Below are positions 9,550 through 19,819 of a stretch of DNA of 64,000 nucleotides, in pieces (position 1 is the stretch's first letter; each line of letters starts with the position of its first letter). This DNA comes from an uncultured Verrucomicrobiae bacterium (GTDB lineage: Bacteria; Verrucomicrobiota; Verrucomicrobiia; Chthoniobacterales; Terrimicrobiaceae), in assembly GCA_963706955.1 (NCBI GenBank), contig CAVPOC010000007.1:42261-106260 (forward strand), given 5' to 3'. The notes beneath the pieces were generated by a model. The model was not told the DNA's origin and searched no databases. It worked only from the letters and a program-made list of their open reading frames with translations. The position numbers and the translations under genes were made by a program.

Positions 9550-11020
9550 ATGACGACGACACTTTCTCTACAAGACTCCGATCTCTTTCGGCAGCAGGCA
9601 TATATTGGCGGCCGCTGGTGCGACGCAGAGAGCGGGGCAACCATCGAGGTGAATAATCCTGCCACAGGAGAAATCATGGGAACGGTTCCGCGGATGGGCG
9701 CAAACGAGACCTGGCGTGCCATTGAGGCCGCAAAGGACGCTTTCAGCGACTGGAGCCAAAGACCTGCCAAGGAGCGAACCAACCTGATGCGCCGCTGGTA
9801 TGATTTGATCATGGCGAACGTTGACGATCTGGGTGCGCTGATGACTGCGGAGCAGGGCAAGCCCCTGGCCGAGGCCAAGGGCGAAGTGGCTTATGCCGCT
9901 TCCTTTATTGAATGGTTCGCCGAGGAGGCCAAGCGGGTCTACGGAGATGCGATCCCCTCGCCCTGGAAGGATCGCCGGCTTAGTGGTAATCAAACAGCCG
10001 ATCGGCGTCTGTGCGGCGATGACGCCGTGGAATTTTCCGGCGGCCATGATCGCGCGGAAAGCCGGTCCGGCGCTGGCGGCTGGCTGTACAATGATCGCGA
10101 AACCGGCGAGCTCAACTCCCTATTCCGCTTTCGCGCTCGCGGTCCTGGCCGAGCGCGCCGGGATTCCCTCCGGAGTCCTGAACGTTGTCACTGGCGATTC
10201 CAAGGAGATCGGAGGGGAAATGACTTCGAATCCCGATGTCCGCAAGATCACCTTCACCGGGTCAACGGAAGTCGGCCGTTTGCTCATGAAGCAGAGCTCC
10301 TCCACAATAAAGAAGCTTTCCCTGGAGCTGGGCGGCAACGCTCCTTTCATTGTCTTCGACGACGCTGATTTGGATGCCGCAGTCGAAGGGGCGATTATCT
10401 CGAAATATCGCAACGCGGGCCAGACCTGCGTTTGCGCGAATCGGTTATATGTCCAGGCGGGCGTGTATGATGCTTTTGCGGAGAAATTGGTCGCGGCGGT
10501 CGCGAAGCTTAAGGTGGGCAATGGCTTCGAGCCGGGAGTCCAACAGGGTCCTTTGATTGATAAAGCCGCCGTCGAAAAGGTGGAGGAACATATCGAGGAT
10601 GCCGTTTCGAAAGGCGGCAACGTTCTGTTGGGCGGCAAGCGCCATGCCCTCGGCCAGACATTTTTTGAACCGACGGTGCTTGCCGGCGTCACTTCCCAAA
10701 TGAAGGTGGCCAAGGAGGAAACCTTTGGCCCATTGGCTCCTCTCTTCCGGTTTGAAACCGACGAAGAAGGGCTCCAAATGGCCAATGACACGGAATTCGG
10801 CTTGGCCAGTTACTTCTTCAGTCGCGACGTCGGTCGGATTTGGCGCGCCGCCGAGGCACTGGACTCGGGCATGGTGGGAATCAATACCGGCTTGATCTCG
10901 AACGAGGTCGCGCCATTTGGTGGCGTTAAGCAGTCGGGGCTAGGCCGCGAAGGCTCCCACTACGGCATCGAAGAATTCCTCGAGATCAAATATCTCTGCT
11001 TCGGCGGCCTCGATAAGTAG
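9550..11020 (+). CDS. gabD: Succinate-semialdehyde dehydrogenase paralog 1 (GabD-like). The frame is broken by one extra nucleotide at about 9982, so it is either a pseudogene or a sequencing error.
   Basis: ORFs 9550..10368 and 9893..11020 together reconstruct a full-length ALDH collinear with 11032..12498. The frame switches inside [15 protein letters not shown], where cggctt-a-gtggtaatc stands against cgactcgtcgtgatc in the paralog. Confidence 0.8.
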
Positions 11021-11031
11021 GCGCTGTGTAA

Positions 11032-12498
11032 ATGATCAAGTTCCCCCTACAAGACTCGGATCTCTTCCGGCAGCAGGCCTACATCGGGGGGAACTGGTGC
11101 GACGCGGAGAGCGGCGCGACTATCGAGGTAAACAATCCAGCCACTGGAGAGATCCTGGGCACAGTTCCGCGCATGGGGGCGAACGAAACCTGGCGCGCCA
11201 TCGAGGCGGCCAAGGATGCCTTTGCCGACTGGAGTCGAAGACCGGCGAAGGAGCGAAGCAACCTGATGCGGGGTTGGTACGATTTGATCATGGCCAACGT
11301 GGACGATTTGGGAGCCCTGATGACGGCCGAGCAAGGCAAGCCGCTCGCTGAAGCCAAGGGAGAAGTTGCCTACGCGGCCTCCTTTATCGAATGGTTCGCC
11401 GAAGAAGCCAAGCGGGTCTACGGAGATACGATCCCGTCGCCGTGGAAGGACCGCCGACTCGTCGTGATCAAGCAGCCCATTGGAGTTTGTGCAGCCATTA
11501 CACCGTGGAATTTTCCAGCGGCGATGATCGGTCGAAAAGCTGGCCCGGCGCTCGCCTCGGGATGTACCATGCTTGCCAAGCCGGCTGAATCCACACCGTT
11601 TTCCGCCTTGGCCCTGGCGGTGCTTGCTGAGCGAGCCGGCATCCCGGCAGGCGTCTTCAACGTTCTCACCGGGGAGGCCAAAGAAATTGGCGGGGAGATG
11701 ACCTCCAACTCGGATGTCCGCAAGATCACCTTTACCGGATCAACGGAGATCGGCCGTTTGCTCATCAAGCAAAGCGCCGACACCATCAAGAAGCTTTCGC
11801 TAGAACTCGGAGGCAATGCACCGTTTATCGTCTTTGACGACGCTGATCTCGACGCCGCGGTCGAGGGAGCAATTATTTCCAAGTACCGCAACGCCGGGCA
11901 AACCTGTGTTTGCGCGAACCGTATTTATGTTCAAGCCGGCGTTTATGATGCCTTCGCTGAAAAACTCGTGGCGGCGGTTGGAGAGCTGAAGGTTGGCAAT
12001 GGATTTGACCCCGAGGTTCTCCAGGGACCGCTGATCGATTTTGCCGCCGTCGAGAAGGTTGAAGATCATATTCAGGATGCCGTCGCCAAGGGAGGCCGAG
12101 TTCTCCTTGGTGGCAAGCGACATGCCCTGGGTCAGACCTTTTTCGAACCCACCGTTCTCAGCGAGGTAACTTCCCAGATGAAGGTTGCCCGCGAGGAGAC
12201 CTTCGGCCCTCTGGCGCCGCTTTTCCGCTTCGAGAGCGATGAAGAAGGCATTCAGATGGCCAACGACACCGAATTTGGTCTGGCGAGCTACTTTTACAGT
12301 CGAGACATCGGCCGCGCGTGGCGAGCCGCGGAAGCGTTGGAGTGCGGTATGGTCGGCATCAATACGGGACTGATTTCCAATGAAGTCGCCCCGTTCGGCG
12401 GAGTTAAACAATCGGGACTTGGACGCGAAGGTTCTCACTACGGCATGGATGACTTTTTGGAAATAAAGTACCTTTGCTTCGGCGGCCTCGAAACGTGA
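11032..12498 (+). CDS. gabD: NAD(P)+-dependent succinate-semialdehyde dehydrogenase (GabD-like aldehyde dehydrogenase)
   Basis: 488-aa intact [69 protein letters not shown] and CVCANR closely follow E. coli GabD. Confidence 0.9.
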   Translation: MIKFPLQDSDLFRQQAYIGGNWCDAESGATIEVNNPATGEILGTVPRMGANETWRAIEAAKDAFADWSRRPAKERSNLMRGWYDLIMANVDDLGALMTAEQGKPLAEAKGEVAYAASFIEWFAEEAKRVYGDTIPSPWKDRRLVVIKQPIGVCAAITPWNFPAAMIGRKAGPALASGCTMLAKPAESTPFSALALAVLAERAGIPAGVFNVLTGEAKEIGGEMTSNSDVRKITFTGSTEIGRLLIKQSADTIKKLSLELGGNAPFIVFDDADLDAAVEGAIISKYRNAGQTCVCANRIYVQAGVYDAFAEKLVAAVGELKVGNGFDPEVLQGPLIDFAAVEKVEDHIQDAVAKGGRVLLGGKRHALGQTFFEPTVLSEVTSQMKVAREETFGPLAPLFRFESDEEGIQMANDTEFGLASYFYSRDIGRAWRAAEALECGMVGINTGLISNEVAPFGGVKQSGLGREGSHYGMDDFLEIKYLCFGGLET

Positions 12499-12626
12499 AC
12501 GTCCACTCTCACGAAGGCGTGGCCACCTCGCTCAGCGGGACGTCGAAGCAAAGCGCGACCATCATGAACAACCAACGGCGGACAAGGCGACTTGCCAAGA
12601 CTTCCCGCGCGGAGCCGCCGTTGACC

Positions 12627-13406
12627 ATGGACGAACGCCGCGAAACCATTGTCGACTTCTTAAAAAAGGAAGCTAAGATCAGCGTCGAAGAGCTCTCCGG
12701 TAGACTTAAGGTTAGTCAAGTCACGATCAGAAAGGACTTGGACAGCCTCGAGAAGCGAGGACTGATCGAGCGAAGTCATGGGAACGCCATCTTTTCGCAG
12801 CAGAGCCGATTTAATATTGCCTTCCTCGAGAAGCTGCAAATGCAAGCGCGGGAGAAGGACCTGATTGCCAAGGTTGCCGCCAGCTACGTTCACGAAGGAG
12901 ATTCGATCATCCTGGACTCGGGAACAACCACCCTCTCGCTGGCGAAGGCTTTGGTCGGAAGGTTCAAATCCCTCTTCGTCATTACTAACTCAGTTCCGGC
13001 CGCTCTGGAATTAACCAAGGCCGGATACGATCTTCTCTTGGTCGGCGGGCAGGTGCGTAAACATAGTTTGTCGCTCCTCGGCCCTTGGGCGGTCAAAAAT
13101 CTCGAAAGCTATCATGTCGACCGAGCATTTATGGGAACTTCGGGCATCACCCTGGCACATGGATTTAGCACCCCCGATTCATTGGACGCTCAGATGAAAC
13201 AGACAATGATCCGGATTTCCGATAAGGCTTATGTTCTCACAGATTCGTCGAAGTTCGGTCACAATTGCATGGTTAGTTTCGCTAAGTGCTCAGAGATCCA
13301 TCTAACACTTACGGATTCGCGCCTTCCGCAAAGGCTTCTCAAGGAATTTAAGCAACAGGGAGTCGATATTCGGATTGTCAGCGCCAACTCCAACTCTGAG
13401 CATTAG
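12627..13406 (+). CDS. DeoR-family transcriptional regulator (HTH plus sugar-phosphate-binding DeoR C-domain)
   Basis: The ORF extends back to 12474, but MDERRETIVDFLKKEAKISVEELSGRLKVSQVTIRKDLDSLEKRGLIER is the typical DeoR N-terminus. ATGs at 12564 or 12627 are the plausible starts. Confidence 0.85.
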   Translation: MDERRETIVDFLKKEAKISVEELSGRLKVSQVTIRKDLDSLEKRGLIERSHGNAIFSQQSRFNIAFLEKLQMQAREKDLIAKVAASYVHEGDSIILDSGTTTLSLAKALVGRFKSLFVITNSVPAALELTKAGYDLLLVGGQVRKHSLSLLGPWAVKNLESYHVDRAFMGTSGITLAHGFSTPDSLDAQMKQTMIRISDKAYVLTDSSKFGHNCMVSFAKCSEIHLTLTDSRLPQRLLKEFKQQGVDIRIVSANSNSEH

Positions 13407-13848
13407 TTATGCAAAAGCTTAGAACACCATCTGGGATTGGCGAAGCTGCCCCGTCTCCACAAGCGTTCGACGCCAGGTCGAGAAAGTCACTGCCACGAAA
13501 TCGACCGCGCCGTCTCTTACACGGAACTGCCGTGGCCGGTCCCGAGCCGCTCGCCGGGCCCGTTTCGTCTCTGATTTTTCACACCCTGAAGCTCTTCCCG
13601 ATGAACCTTCAATTAGCGCCGCGCAATATTAGCTCGGCGGCATTTTTCACCATTATATTCTTGCATAGATGAAATCGATGGCTTACGAGTCCCCCCAGAG
13701 GCTAGCTGAGCAGCGATCGGCCGCCGGGCATGTGTCCCCGGGAGTCGAGAGCTGGTCTTCAGTCTTTCAACAAGAAAGTCCCCAGGAAATCACAAACACT
13801 TACCCGCCCGCAGAGTCCGGGCGTTTACACTGCAGGAGAATACACCAA

Positions 13849-14769
13849 ATGAAACGCTTAGTAATGGCCCTGGCCGCTATCGCCCTTATGATGACTGCCG
13901 CGATCGCACAGAACGTCGGAGTGTCGATGGCTTATTTCGACGACCTTTTCCTCACCAATCTTCGTGAGGCGATGTCGGCACAGGCAAAGCAAGCAGGAGT
14001 AAAGCTTCAATTCGAGGACGCCCAAGGCGACATCGGCAAGCAACTCAGTCAGATTCAAAACTTCATCGCCCAGAAGGTCGATGTGATCGTGGTCAACCCC
14101 GTCGATAGCTCGGCGACCGCTCAGATGACCAAACTGCTCAAAGATGCGAAGATCCCGGCGGTTTACGTGAATCGGCAGCCGCTCGAGCCGCTCGATCCTA
14201 ATGATCCGATCGTCTATGTGGGCTCGGACGAAAACGTGTCAGGGAAGCTCGAGGGTGAGGCAATCGCCAAACTTCTTAAGGGCAAAGGCAATGTCGTCAT
14301 TATGATGGGCGAGCTCGCCACCCAGGCGGCCGCGCTGCGCACCGAAGGCGTCGAAAAGGTCTTCGCCCAACACCCTGAGATAAAGGTCGTGCAAAAGCAG
14401 ACCGCCAACTGGCGCCGCAACGAGGCCATCGACCTCATGAACAACTGGCTGGTGGCGGGCACCAAGATTGATGCGGTCGCCGCGAACAACGACGAAATGG
14501 CCATCGGAGCTATTATCGCTTTGCAACAGGCGGGCAAGGATCCGAAGAGCATGGTTATCGGCGGCGTTGATGCGACTACTGACGCCCTCAAAGAAATGGA
14601 GAAGGGCAATTTGGCAGTGACCGTTTTCCAAGATGCCAAGGGGCAAGGCAAAGCGGTGGTTGATTCTGCCGTCAAGCTCAAGAAGGGCGAAAAGTTCGAG
14701 TCTCCTTACGTCTACATCCCCTTCCAATTGGTTACACAGGAGAACTACAAGGAGTTCCTGAACAAGTAA
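13849..14769 (+). CDS. Sugar/cyclitol ABC transporter periplasmic binding protein (RbsB/IbpA-like, PBP type I)
   Basis: ORF 13669..14769. The internal ATG at 13849 follows aggaga and starts a signal peptide MKRLVMALAAIALMMTAAIA. The mature part is RbsB-like. Confidence 0.85.
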   Translation: MKRLVMALAAIALMMTAAIAQNVGVSMAYFDDLFLTNLREAMSAQAKQAGVKLQFEDAQGDIGKQLSQIQNFIAQKVDVIVVNPVDSSATAQMTKLLKDAKIPAVYVNRQPLEPLDPNDPIVYVGSDENVSGKLEGEAIAKLLKGKGNVVIMMGELATQAAALRTEGVEKVFAQHPEIKVVQKQTANWRRNEAIDLMNNWLVAGTKIDAVAANNDEMAIGAIIALQQAGKDPKSMVIGGVDATTDALKEMEKGNLAVTVFQDAKGQGKAVVDSAVKLKKGEKFESPYVYIPFQLVTQENYKEFLNK

Positions 14770-14778
14770 GGCTGTTTA

Positions 14779-14804
14779 GCTGCGCCGCCGCAAGGCGGCG
14801 CAGC
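14779..14804 (+). promoter_or_regulatory. GC-rich intercistronic stem-loop between the binding-protein and ATPase genes
   Basis: gctgcgccgcc-gcaa-ggcggcgcagc forms a perfect 11-bp stem with a 4-nt loop, 10 nt after the stop codon. No U-tract follows. Confidence 0.5.
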
Positions 14805-14842
14805 CTCCTGCGCTCATCAACATCTAAACGGAGAGTTACGCC

Positions 14843-16402
14843 ATGTCGCCCTCAGCTCCTCAGGAACCTTTCAACGCGACCCAAGTTGCAGGGGTGGTGT
14901 TGCCGGACGCTCCTTACCTCCTTGAGGCCGAGGGGGTCCGTAAAGAATTCCCGGGCGTCGTCGCGCTCGATGGAGTCAGGCTGCAGATTCGTCCGGGAAC
15001 CGTCCATGCGTTGATGGGTGAAAATGGCGCCGGCAAATCGACGCTGATGAAGATCATCGCCGGCGTTTATCAGCCGGACACCGGGGAAATTCGCCTGAAA
15101 GGCAAACCGGTAAAACTCACGACGCCCCTGGCCGCGCTGGATGCGGGAATCGCAATGATTCACCAGGAGTTGAACCTGATGCCTTACATGACCGTGGCCG
15201 AAAACGTCTGGATTCGGCGCGAGCCGATGAAGGGCCTCGGATTTATGGACTTCGTGGATCATGCGGAGATGCGCCGAATGACCGAGCATCTGTTTCGCCG
15301 CTTGAACATCGACATCGATCCGGAAATCGAAGTTCGGTATCTTACGGTTGCCAATCGGCAGATCGTCGAGATTGCTAAGGCGGTCTCTTTCGAATCCGAC
15401 ATTCTGATCATGGATGAGCCCACTTCCGCGCTGACCGAGCGCGAAGTCGAACATCTCTTCGCGATCATTGCGGACCTCAAGGCCCATGGCGTCGGTATCG
15501 TCTACATCACCCACAAGATGGATGAGGTCTTCGAGATTGCCGACGACGTCTCCGTCTTCCGCGATGGTCGCTACATTGCCACTCATCGGGCGAAAGACAT
15601 CAACCGTGAGATCCTGATAAAAGAAATGGTCGGTCGCGACCTCGACGCCATGTTCCCCAAGGAAATTGTCCCGATCGGCGACGTGGCTCTCTCGGTGAAG
15701 AACCTTACGCTTGAGGGCGTTTTTCGTGATATCTCCTTCGACCTCCGCAAGGGGGAGATTCTGGGTTTAGCCGGGCTGGTCGGGGCAGGGCGAACCAACG
15801 TCGCCGAGACGATCTTCGGAGTTACCCCAGCCACCGGAGGAGAGATCTTCGTCAATGGCAAGAAATTGGTCGTTGATTCTCCGCACACGGGCATGCACGC
15901 AGGAATGGCGTTCTTGACTGAGGACCGCAAGGACACAGGTTGCTTCTTGGTCCTCTCCGTGCTTGAGAACATGGAAATCGCAGTCCTGATGGACCGCTAC
16001 GTCAAGGGTGGATTCGTCAACCAGGCGGACGTAAATTCAGAATGCGAAAAGCTTAAGAGCGTTCTTAGAATCAAGACGCCCAATCTCCATGAACGCATCG
16101 AGAACCTGAGCGGTGGCAATCAGCAAAAAGCTTTGATTGGACGCTGGCTGCTGACTACGCCGAAGATCCTGATCCTCGATGAGCCCACCCGCGGGATCGA
16201 CGTGGGGGCTAAAGCTGAAATCCACAGGTTGATCTCGAAGCTGGCCGGGGAGGGTCTCGCGGTGATTATGATTTCTTCCGAAATGCCGGAAATCCTTGGA
16301 ATGAGCGATCGAATTATGGTGATGCACGACGGCCACGTTACCGGTTTTCTGGACCGAGCCGAGGCCGATCAGGTCAAGATCATGCACCTCGCCTCCGGCT
16401 GA
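14843..16402 (+). CDS. Sugar ABC transporter ATP-binding protein with duplicated ATPase domains (RbsA/MglA-like)
   Basis: 519-aa ORF. Walker A is GENGAGKST. There are two LSGGNQQK-type signature regions and two Walker B motifs ([16 protein letters not shown]). Confidence 0.9.
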   Translation: MSPSAPQEPFNATQVAGVVLPDAPYLLEAEGVRKEFPGVVALDGVRLQIRPGTVHALMGENGAGKSTLMKIIAGVYQPDTGEIRLKGKPVKLTTPLAALDAGIAMIHQELNLMPYMTVAENVWIRREPMKGLGFMDFVDHAEMRRMTEHLFRRLNIDIDPEIEVRYLTVANRQIVEIAKAVSFESDILIMDEPTSALTEREVEHLFAIIADLKAHGVGIVYITHKMDEVFEIADDVSVFRDGRYIATHRAKDINREILIKEMVGRDLDAMFPKEIVPIGDVALSVKNLTLEGVFRDISFDLRKGEILGLAGLVGAGRTNVAETIFGVTPATGGEIFVNGKKLVVDSPHTGMHAGMAFLTEDRKDTGCFLVLSVLENMEIAVLMDRYVKGGFVNQADVNSECEKLKSVLRIKTPNLHERIENLSGGNQQKALIGRWLLTTPKILILDEPTRGIDVGAKAEIHRLISKLAGEGLAVIMISSEMPEILGMSDRIMVMHDGHVTGFLDRAEADQVKIMHLASG

Positions 16403-16467
16403 TTAATGGACCCAAGTCGGACGAATCAGGATAACGCAGCAATACCGATGAAATTGGAGGAACAGTA

Positions 16468-17514
16468 ATGAGCAACGAGGTCAAAACTCAGGTGGGCCAG
16501 GAGGTAAGTGCCACTGCGCCTCCGGAACGAAAACGAGAGGGCCGTAAGCTGCCCGCCGAAGCGGGCATACTGTTCATTCTGATCGGTATTGCGGTGCTCT
16601 TTGAAATCATGGGCTGGGTCTTTAAGGGTGACACGTTTCTGTTCAATCCCCAGCGGCTGTTTATCATCGTTCTTCAGGTTTCGGTCGTTGGCTTGCTTGC
16701 CATTGCGGTGACCCAAGTGATTATCACGGGAGGCATCGATCTATCTTCCGGATCTGTCCTGGCGATCTCCGCAATGGTCGCGGCAAGTTTCGCTCAGACG
16801 CCTGAGAACACCCGTGCCGTTTATCCAGCGCTAACCAATCTCCCCTTCGTAATTCCACTGCTCGCGGGTTTATGCGTGGGTATTTTAGCGGGATTAGTTA
16901 ACGGCAGCTTGATTGCTAAAACAGGGATTCCTCCTTTCATCGCGACCCTCGGCATGATGGTGGCGGCCCGTGGACTTGCGCGGGCTTACACCGGGGGCCA
17001 ACCCGTCAGCATGCTTTCTCCAAAGTTTACCTGGATCGGATCCGGGTACATGCCGGTGATTATTTTCCTGGTGACCGCGCTCATATTCCACATTGCGCTG
17101 AAGTATACCCGATACGGTAAATTCACTTATGCCATTGGAGCGAACCCGCAGGCGGCGCGCGTCTCTGGTATCAATGTCGGGCGCCATCTGATCGTTGTTT
17201 ACTCGATTGCGGGCCTGCTTTCAGGACTCGCCGGAGTCGTAACTGCAGCTCGCGCGTCCACTGGTCAAGCAGGCATGGGACTGGGTTATGAACTCGATGC
17301 CATCGCTGCAACCGTCATCGGCGGCACGAGCCTTACTGGTGGGATTGGCCGCATCGGCGGGACCGTCATCGGCATGGTGATTCTCGGCATCATGACGAGC
17401 GGATTCACGTTTCTCGGTGTAGACGTCTATTACCAGGATATCGTGAAGGGCGTGATCATCGTCGCTGCGGTCTCCGCCGACATGTATCGCCAGCGCAAGC
17501 GCAGGAAGGCTTAG
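16468..17514 (+). CDS. Sugar ABC transporter permease (RbsC-like)
   Basis: 348-aa polytopic membrane ORF with [10 protein letters not shown] and [15 protein letters not shown] motifs typical of RbsC/AraH permeases. Confidence 0.9.
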   Translation: MSNEVKTQVGQEVSATAPPERKREGRKLPAEAGILFILIGIAVLFEIMGWVFKGDTFLFNPQRLFIIVLQVSVVGLLAIAVTQVIITGGIDLSSGSVLAISAMVAASFAQTPENTRAVYPALTNLPFVIPLLAGLCVGILAGLVNGSLIAKTGIPPFIATLGMMVAARGLARAYTGGQPVSMLSPKFTWIGSGYMPVIIFLVTALIFHIALKYTRYGKFTYAIGANPQAARVSGINVGRHLIVVYSIAGLLSGLAGVVTAARASTGQAGMGLGYELDAIAATVIGGTSLTGGIGRIGGTVIGMVILGIMTSGFTFLGVDVYYQDIVKGVIIVAAVSADMYRQRKRRKA

Positions 17515-17609
17515 CCTCGAACGATTCTGCGGCAGCCGCTGCACTCGCCGGAGTGGGCAGGCGCGTTCGCGAATGACTTGTCTTCGACCGAGCAACGCAC
17601 GATCCATCT

Positions 17610-18776
17610 ATGCCAGCTAGTCTTCAGAGAAAAGTAAGAGTGGGAATGATTGGGGGCGGACCGGGCGCATTCATCGGCGGCTCGCATCGGATCGCCATGC
17701 GTCTCGATGATCGCTATCAACTCGTCGCCGGTGTCTTCTCGCGAAATCGTGAAAAGTCCCTGGCCGCTGCACGCGAGCTCGGGATTTCTGAAGATCGCGT
17801 CTACCCAGATTATGAAACCATGGCCACGCGCGAGACGGAACGCGAGGACGGAGTCGATGCGGTGGCCATTGTCACGCCGACCGACAGTCACTACAAAATC
17901 GCGAAAAAGCTGCTCGAAGCCGGGCTCAATGTAATTTGCGATAAGCCCCTCTGCCTCTCGGTGGTGGAAGCAAGGGAATTGCAAGCTCTCGCCGAAAAGG
18001 GCGAACTAATTCTTTGCCTGACGCACAACTACTCGGGTTACGCCATGGTGCGCCACGCTGCGCGCCTGGTTCGAAATGGCGACCTCGGAGAGGTCAAGAT
18101 GGTTCAAGTGGAACACGCTTCCGGTTGGGCAGCCAAGCTACTGGAAAAACAGGGCCACACCCAGGCTGCCTGGAGAATGGATCCAGCCTTGGGTGGCGAG
18201 GCGAGCGTTCTCTACGATTTGGGAACCCACGCGCATCAGTTGGCGCGCTTTATAACAGGTCTGGAAGTTTCGGAAGTGGCCGCTGAATTGAGCAAAGTGG
18301 TTGCCGGTCGGGAGATCAATGATAACGCCAACGTGCTTTTGCGCTTTACGAACGGCGCTCGCGGTAGCCTCTGGGTAACGATGGCCGCAGTCGGCAACGA
18401 ACACGGACTTCGTATTCGTGTCTATGGAGAACGCGGCAGCCTCTTCTGGCATCAAGAGGACCCTCACCATCTGCTCTTCTCCCCGATCGACGGCCCCCCA
18501 CGGATTCTCGCGCAAGGCGCCGAATGGCTTTCCCCAGATGCCGCCAAATGGACCCGCGCAGGTCTTGGGCATCCGGAGGGCTTTTTCGAAGCGTTCGCCA
18601 ACCTCTACACCGAGGTTGCCGACGCCTTGCTCGCCAAAGCAGAAGGGCGGCCAGTCGCGAAAGCAGAGTTGGGATTTCCCGACGCTTCCGATGGCCTCAA
18701 AGGGGTCGCCTTTGTCGAGGCGGCGATGCGCTCTTATGCGGCTGGGGGCGCATGGACTGCGTTAGAAACCAACTAA
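17610..18776 (+). CDS. Gfo/Idh/MocA-family oxidoreductase (388 aa)
   Basis: VRVGMIGGGPGAFIGGSHR Rossmann start and a CDKPL motif. The gene is co-oriented directly after the permease gene. Confidence 0.85.
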   Translation: MPASLQRKVRVGMIGGGPGAFIGGSHRIAMRLDDRYQLVAGVFSRNREKSLAAARELGISEDRVYPDYETMATRETEREDGVDAVAIVTPTDSHYKIAKKLLEAGLNVICDKPLCLSVVEARELQALAEKGELILCLTHNYSGYAMVRHAARLVRNGDLGEVKMVQVEHASGWAAKLLEKQGHTQAAWRMDPALGGEASVLYDLGTHAHQLARFITGLEVSEVAAELSKVVAGREINDNANVLLRFTNGARGSLWVTMAAVGNEHGLRIRVYGERGSLFWHQEDPHHLLFSPIDGPPRILAQGAEWLSPDAAKWTRAGLGHPEGFFEAFANLYTEVADALLAKAEGRPVAKAELGFPDASDGLKGVAFVEAAMRSYAAGGAWTALETN

Positions 18777-18793
18777 AAACTAATACTCGCAAT

Positions 18794-19789
18794 ATGCTTA
18801 AAATAGCCGTCATCGGAGCTGGTTTTATCGGCTCGGTCCACGCAAAGAACGTCGCCCGCCATCCTGGGACGCAATTGGTCGCTGTCAGCGATGTAAATTT
18901 GGAAGCCGCCAAGAAGCTGGCCGCGACGACCGGTGCGAAGGCAGTGGGCGACCCCGCCGAGATCTTCAGCGACAAGGAGGTGGAGGCCGTCTTTATTTGT
19001 TCCTTAACAAGCACGCATGTTGACTTTCTGAAACGATCAGCCGAATCCGGCAAAGCCGTTTACTGCGAAAAGCCGATCGGTTTGGATTACCAGGAAGCGG
19101 TCGAGGCGGTGAAGGTCGTTCGAGCGGCCAAAGTTCCCGCCATGCTAGGCTTCAATCGAAGGTTCGATCCCAACCATGCAGCCCTGCAAGATGAAGTGAG
19201 GCGTGGCGAAGTCGGTAAGTTGGAGATAATCCAAATGACCTCGCGCGGACCGAGCCTGCCGGCAATTAGCTATCTGGCGACCTCAGGCGGGCAGCTCAAG
19301 GACCAAACCATTCATTTTTTCGACCTTCTGCGGTGGATTACCGGTGATGAAGCAGAAGAGGTGTATGCTATCGGAGCGGCCATGGTAGATCCACGAGTGG
19401 CCGAAGTTGGCGATGTCGACACGAGCATCTTGGCAATTCGAATGGAATCGGGAGCGCTTTGCCAGATCGACTCCGCGAGACGCACCGGCTACGGATACGA
19501 TGAGCGCATCGAAGTCTTCGGATCAACCGGAATGGTGGAGTCGCGACGCCAGCGGGCGCGAGGAGTTTCGCGCTATGTCGGCGACAAAGTCATCGACGAT
19601 GGTCTGCACGCAGGCTGGTTCGAAAGAATAGAACAAAGCTACTTTCAAATACTCGACGCCTTCGTCGATGCCCTCGCGAACGGGACAGAACCGAGTCCAT
19701 CACTCGAGGATGGCTTGAAGGCTCAGTTGCTGGCGGACAAGGCGACTGAATCTCTCAAAAGCGGCAAGCCGGTAAAGGTTCAGGGATAA
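18794..19789 (+). CDS. Inositol 2-dehydrogenase (IolG)-like Gfo/Idh/MocA oxidoreductase
   Basis: The ORF begins at 18524 but overlaps the previous gene. The ATG at 18794 gives MLKIAVIGAGFIGSVHAKN. YCEKPI and GFNRRFDP are present. It is a paralog of 48..956. Confidence 0.85.
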   Translation: MLKIAVIGAGFIGSVHAKNVARHPGTQLVAVSDVNLEAAKKLAATTGAKAVGDPAEIFSDKEVEAVFICSLTSTHVDFLKRSAESGKAVYCEKPIGLDYQEAVEAVKVVRAAKVPAMLGFNRRFDPNHAALQDEVRRGEVGKLEIIQMTSRGPSLPAISYLATSGGQLKDQTIHFFDLLRWITGDEAEEVYAIGAAMVDPRVAEVGDVDTSILAIRMESGALCQIDSARRTGYGYDERIEVFGSTGMVESRRQRARGVSRYVGDKVIDDGLHAGWFERIEQSYFQILDAFVDALANGTEPSPSLEDGLKAQLLADKATESLKSGKPVKVQG

Positions 19790-19819
19790 CAGCGAAAGCA
19801 TTCTCGCGCGCAGAACAAT

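Noticed and set aside
9550-12498. The tandem aldehyde dehydrogenases as IolA (malonate-semialdehyde dehydrogenase)
   Set aside because: Their sequence follows GabD-type succinate-semialdehyde dehydrogenases block by block rather than the CoA-acylating MmsA/IolA type. No iolA call is made, and their role in the locus is left open.
13669-13848. Long N-terminal extensions of several ORFs (13669, 18524, 29940-30188, 31630-31932, 52384, 12474, 41432, 36938)
   Set aside because: The extensions overlap upstream genes or lack family similarity. Internal ATGs give canonical N-termini (signal peptides, Rossmann motifs, Walker-containing starts), so the shorter starts were adopted.
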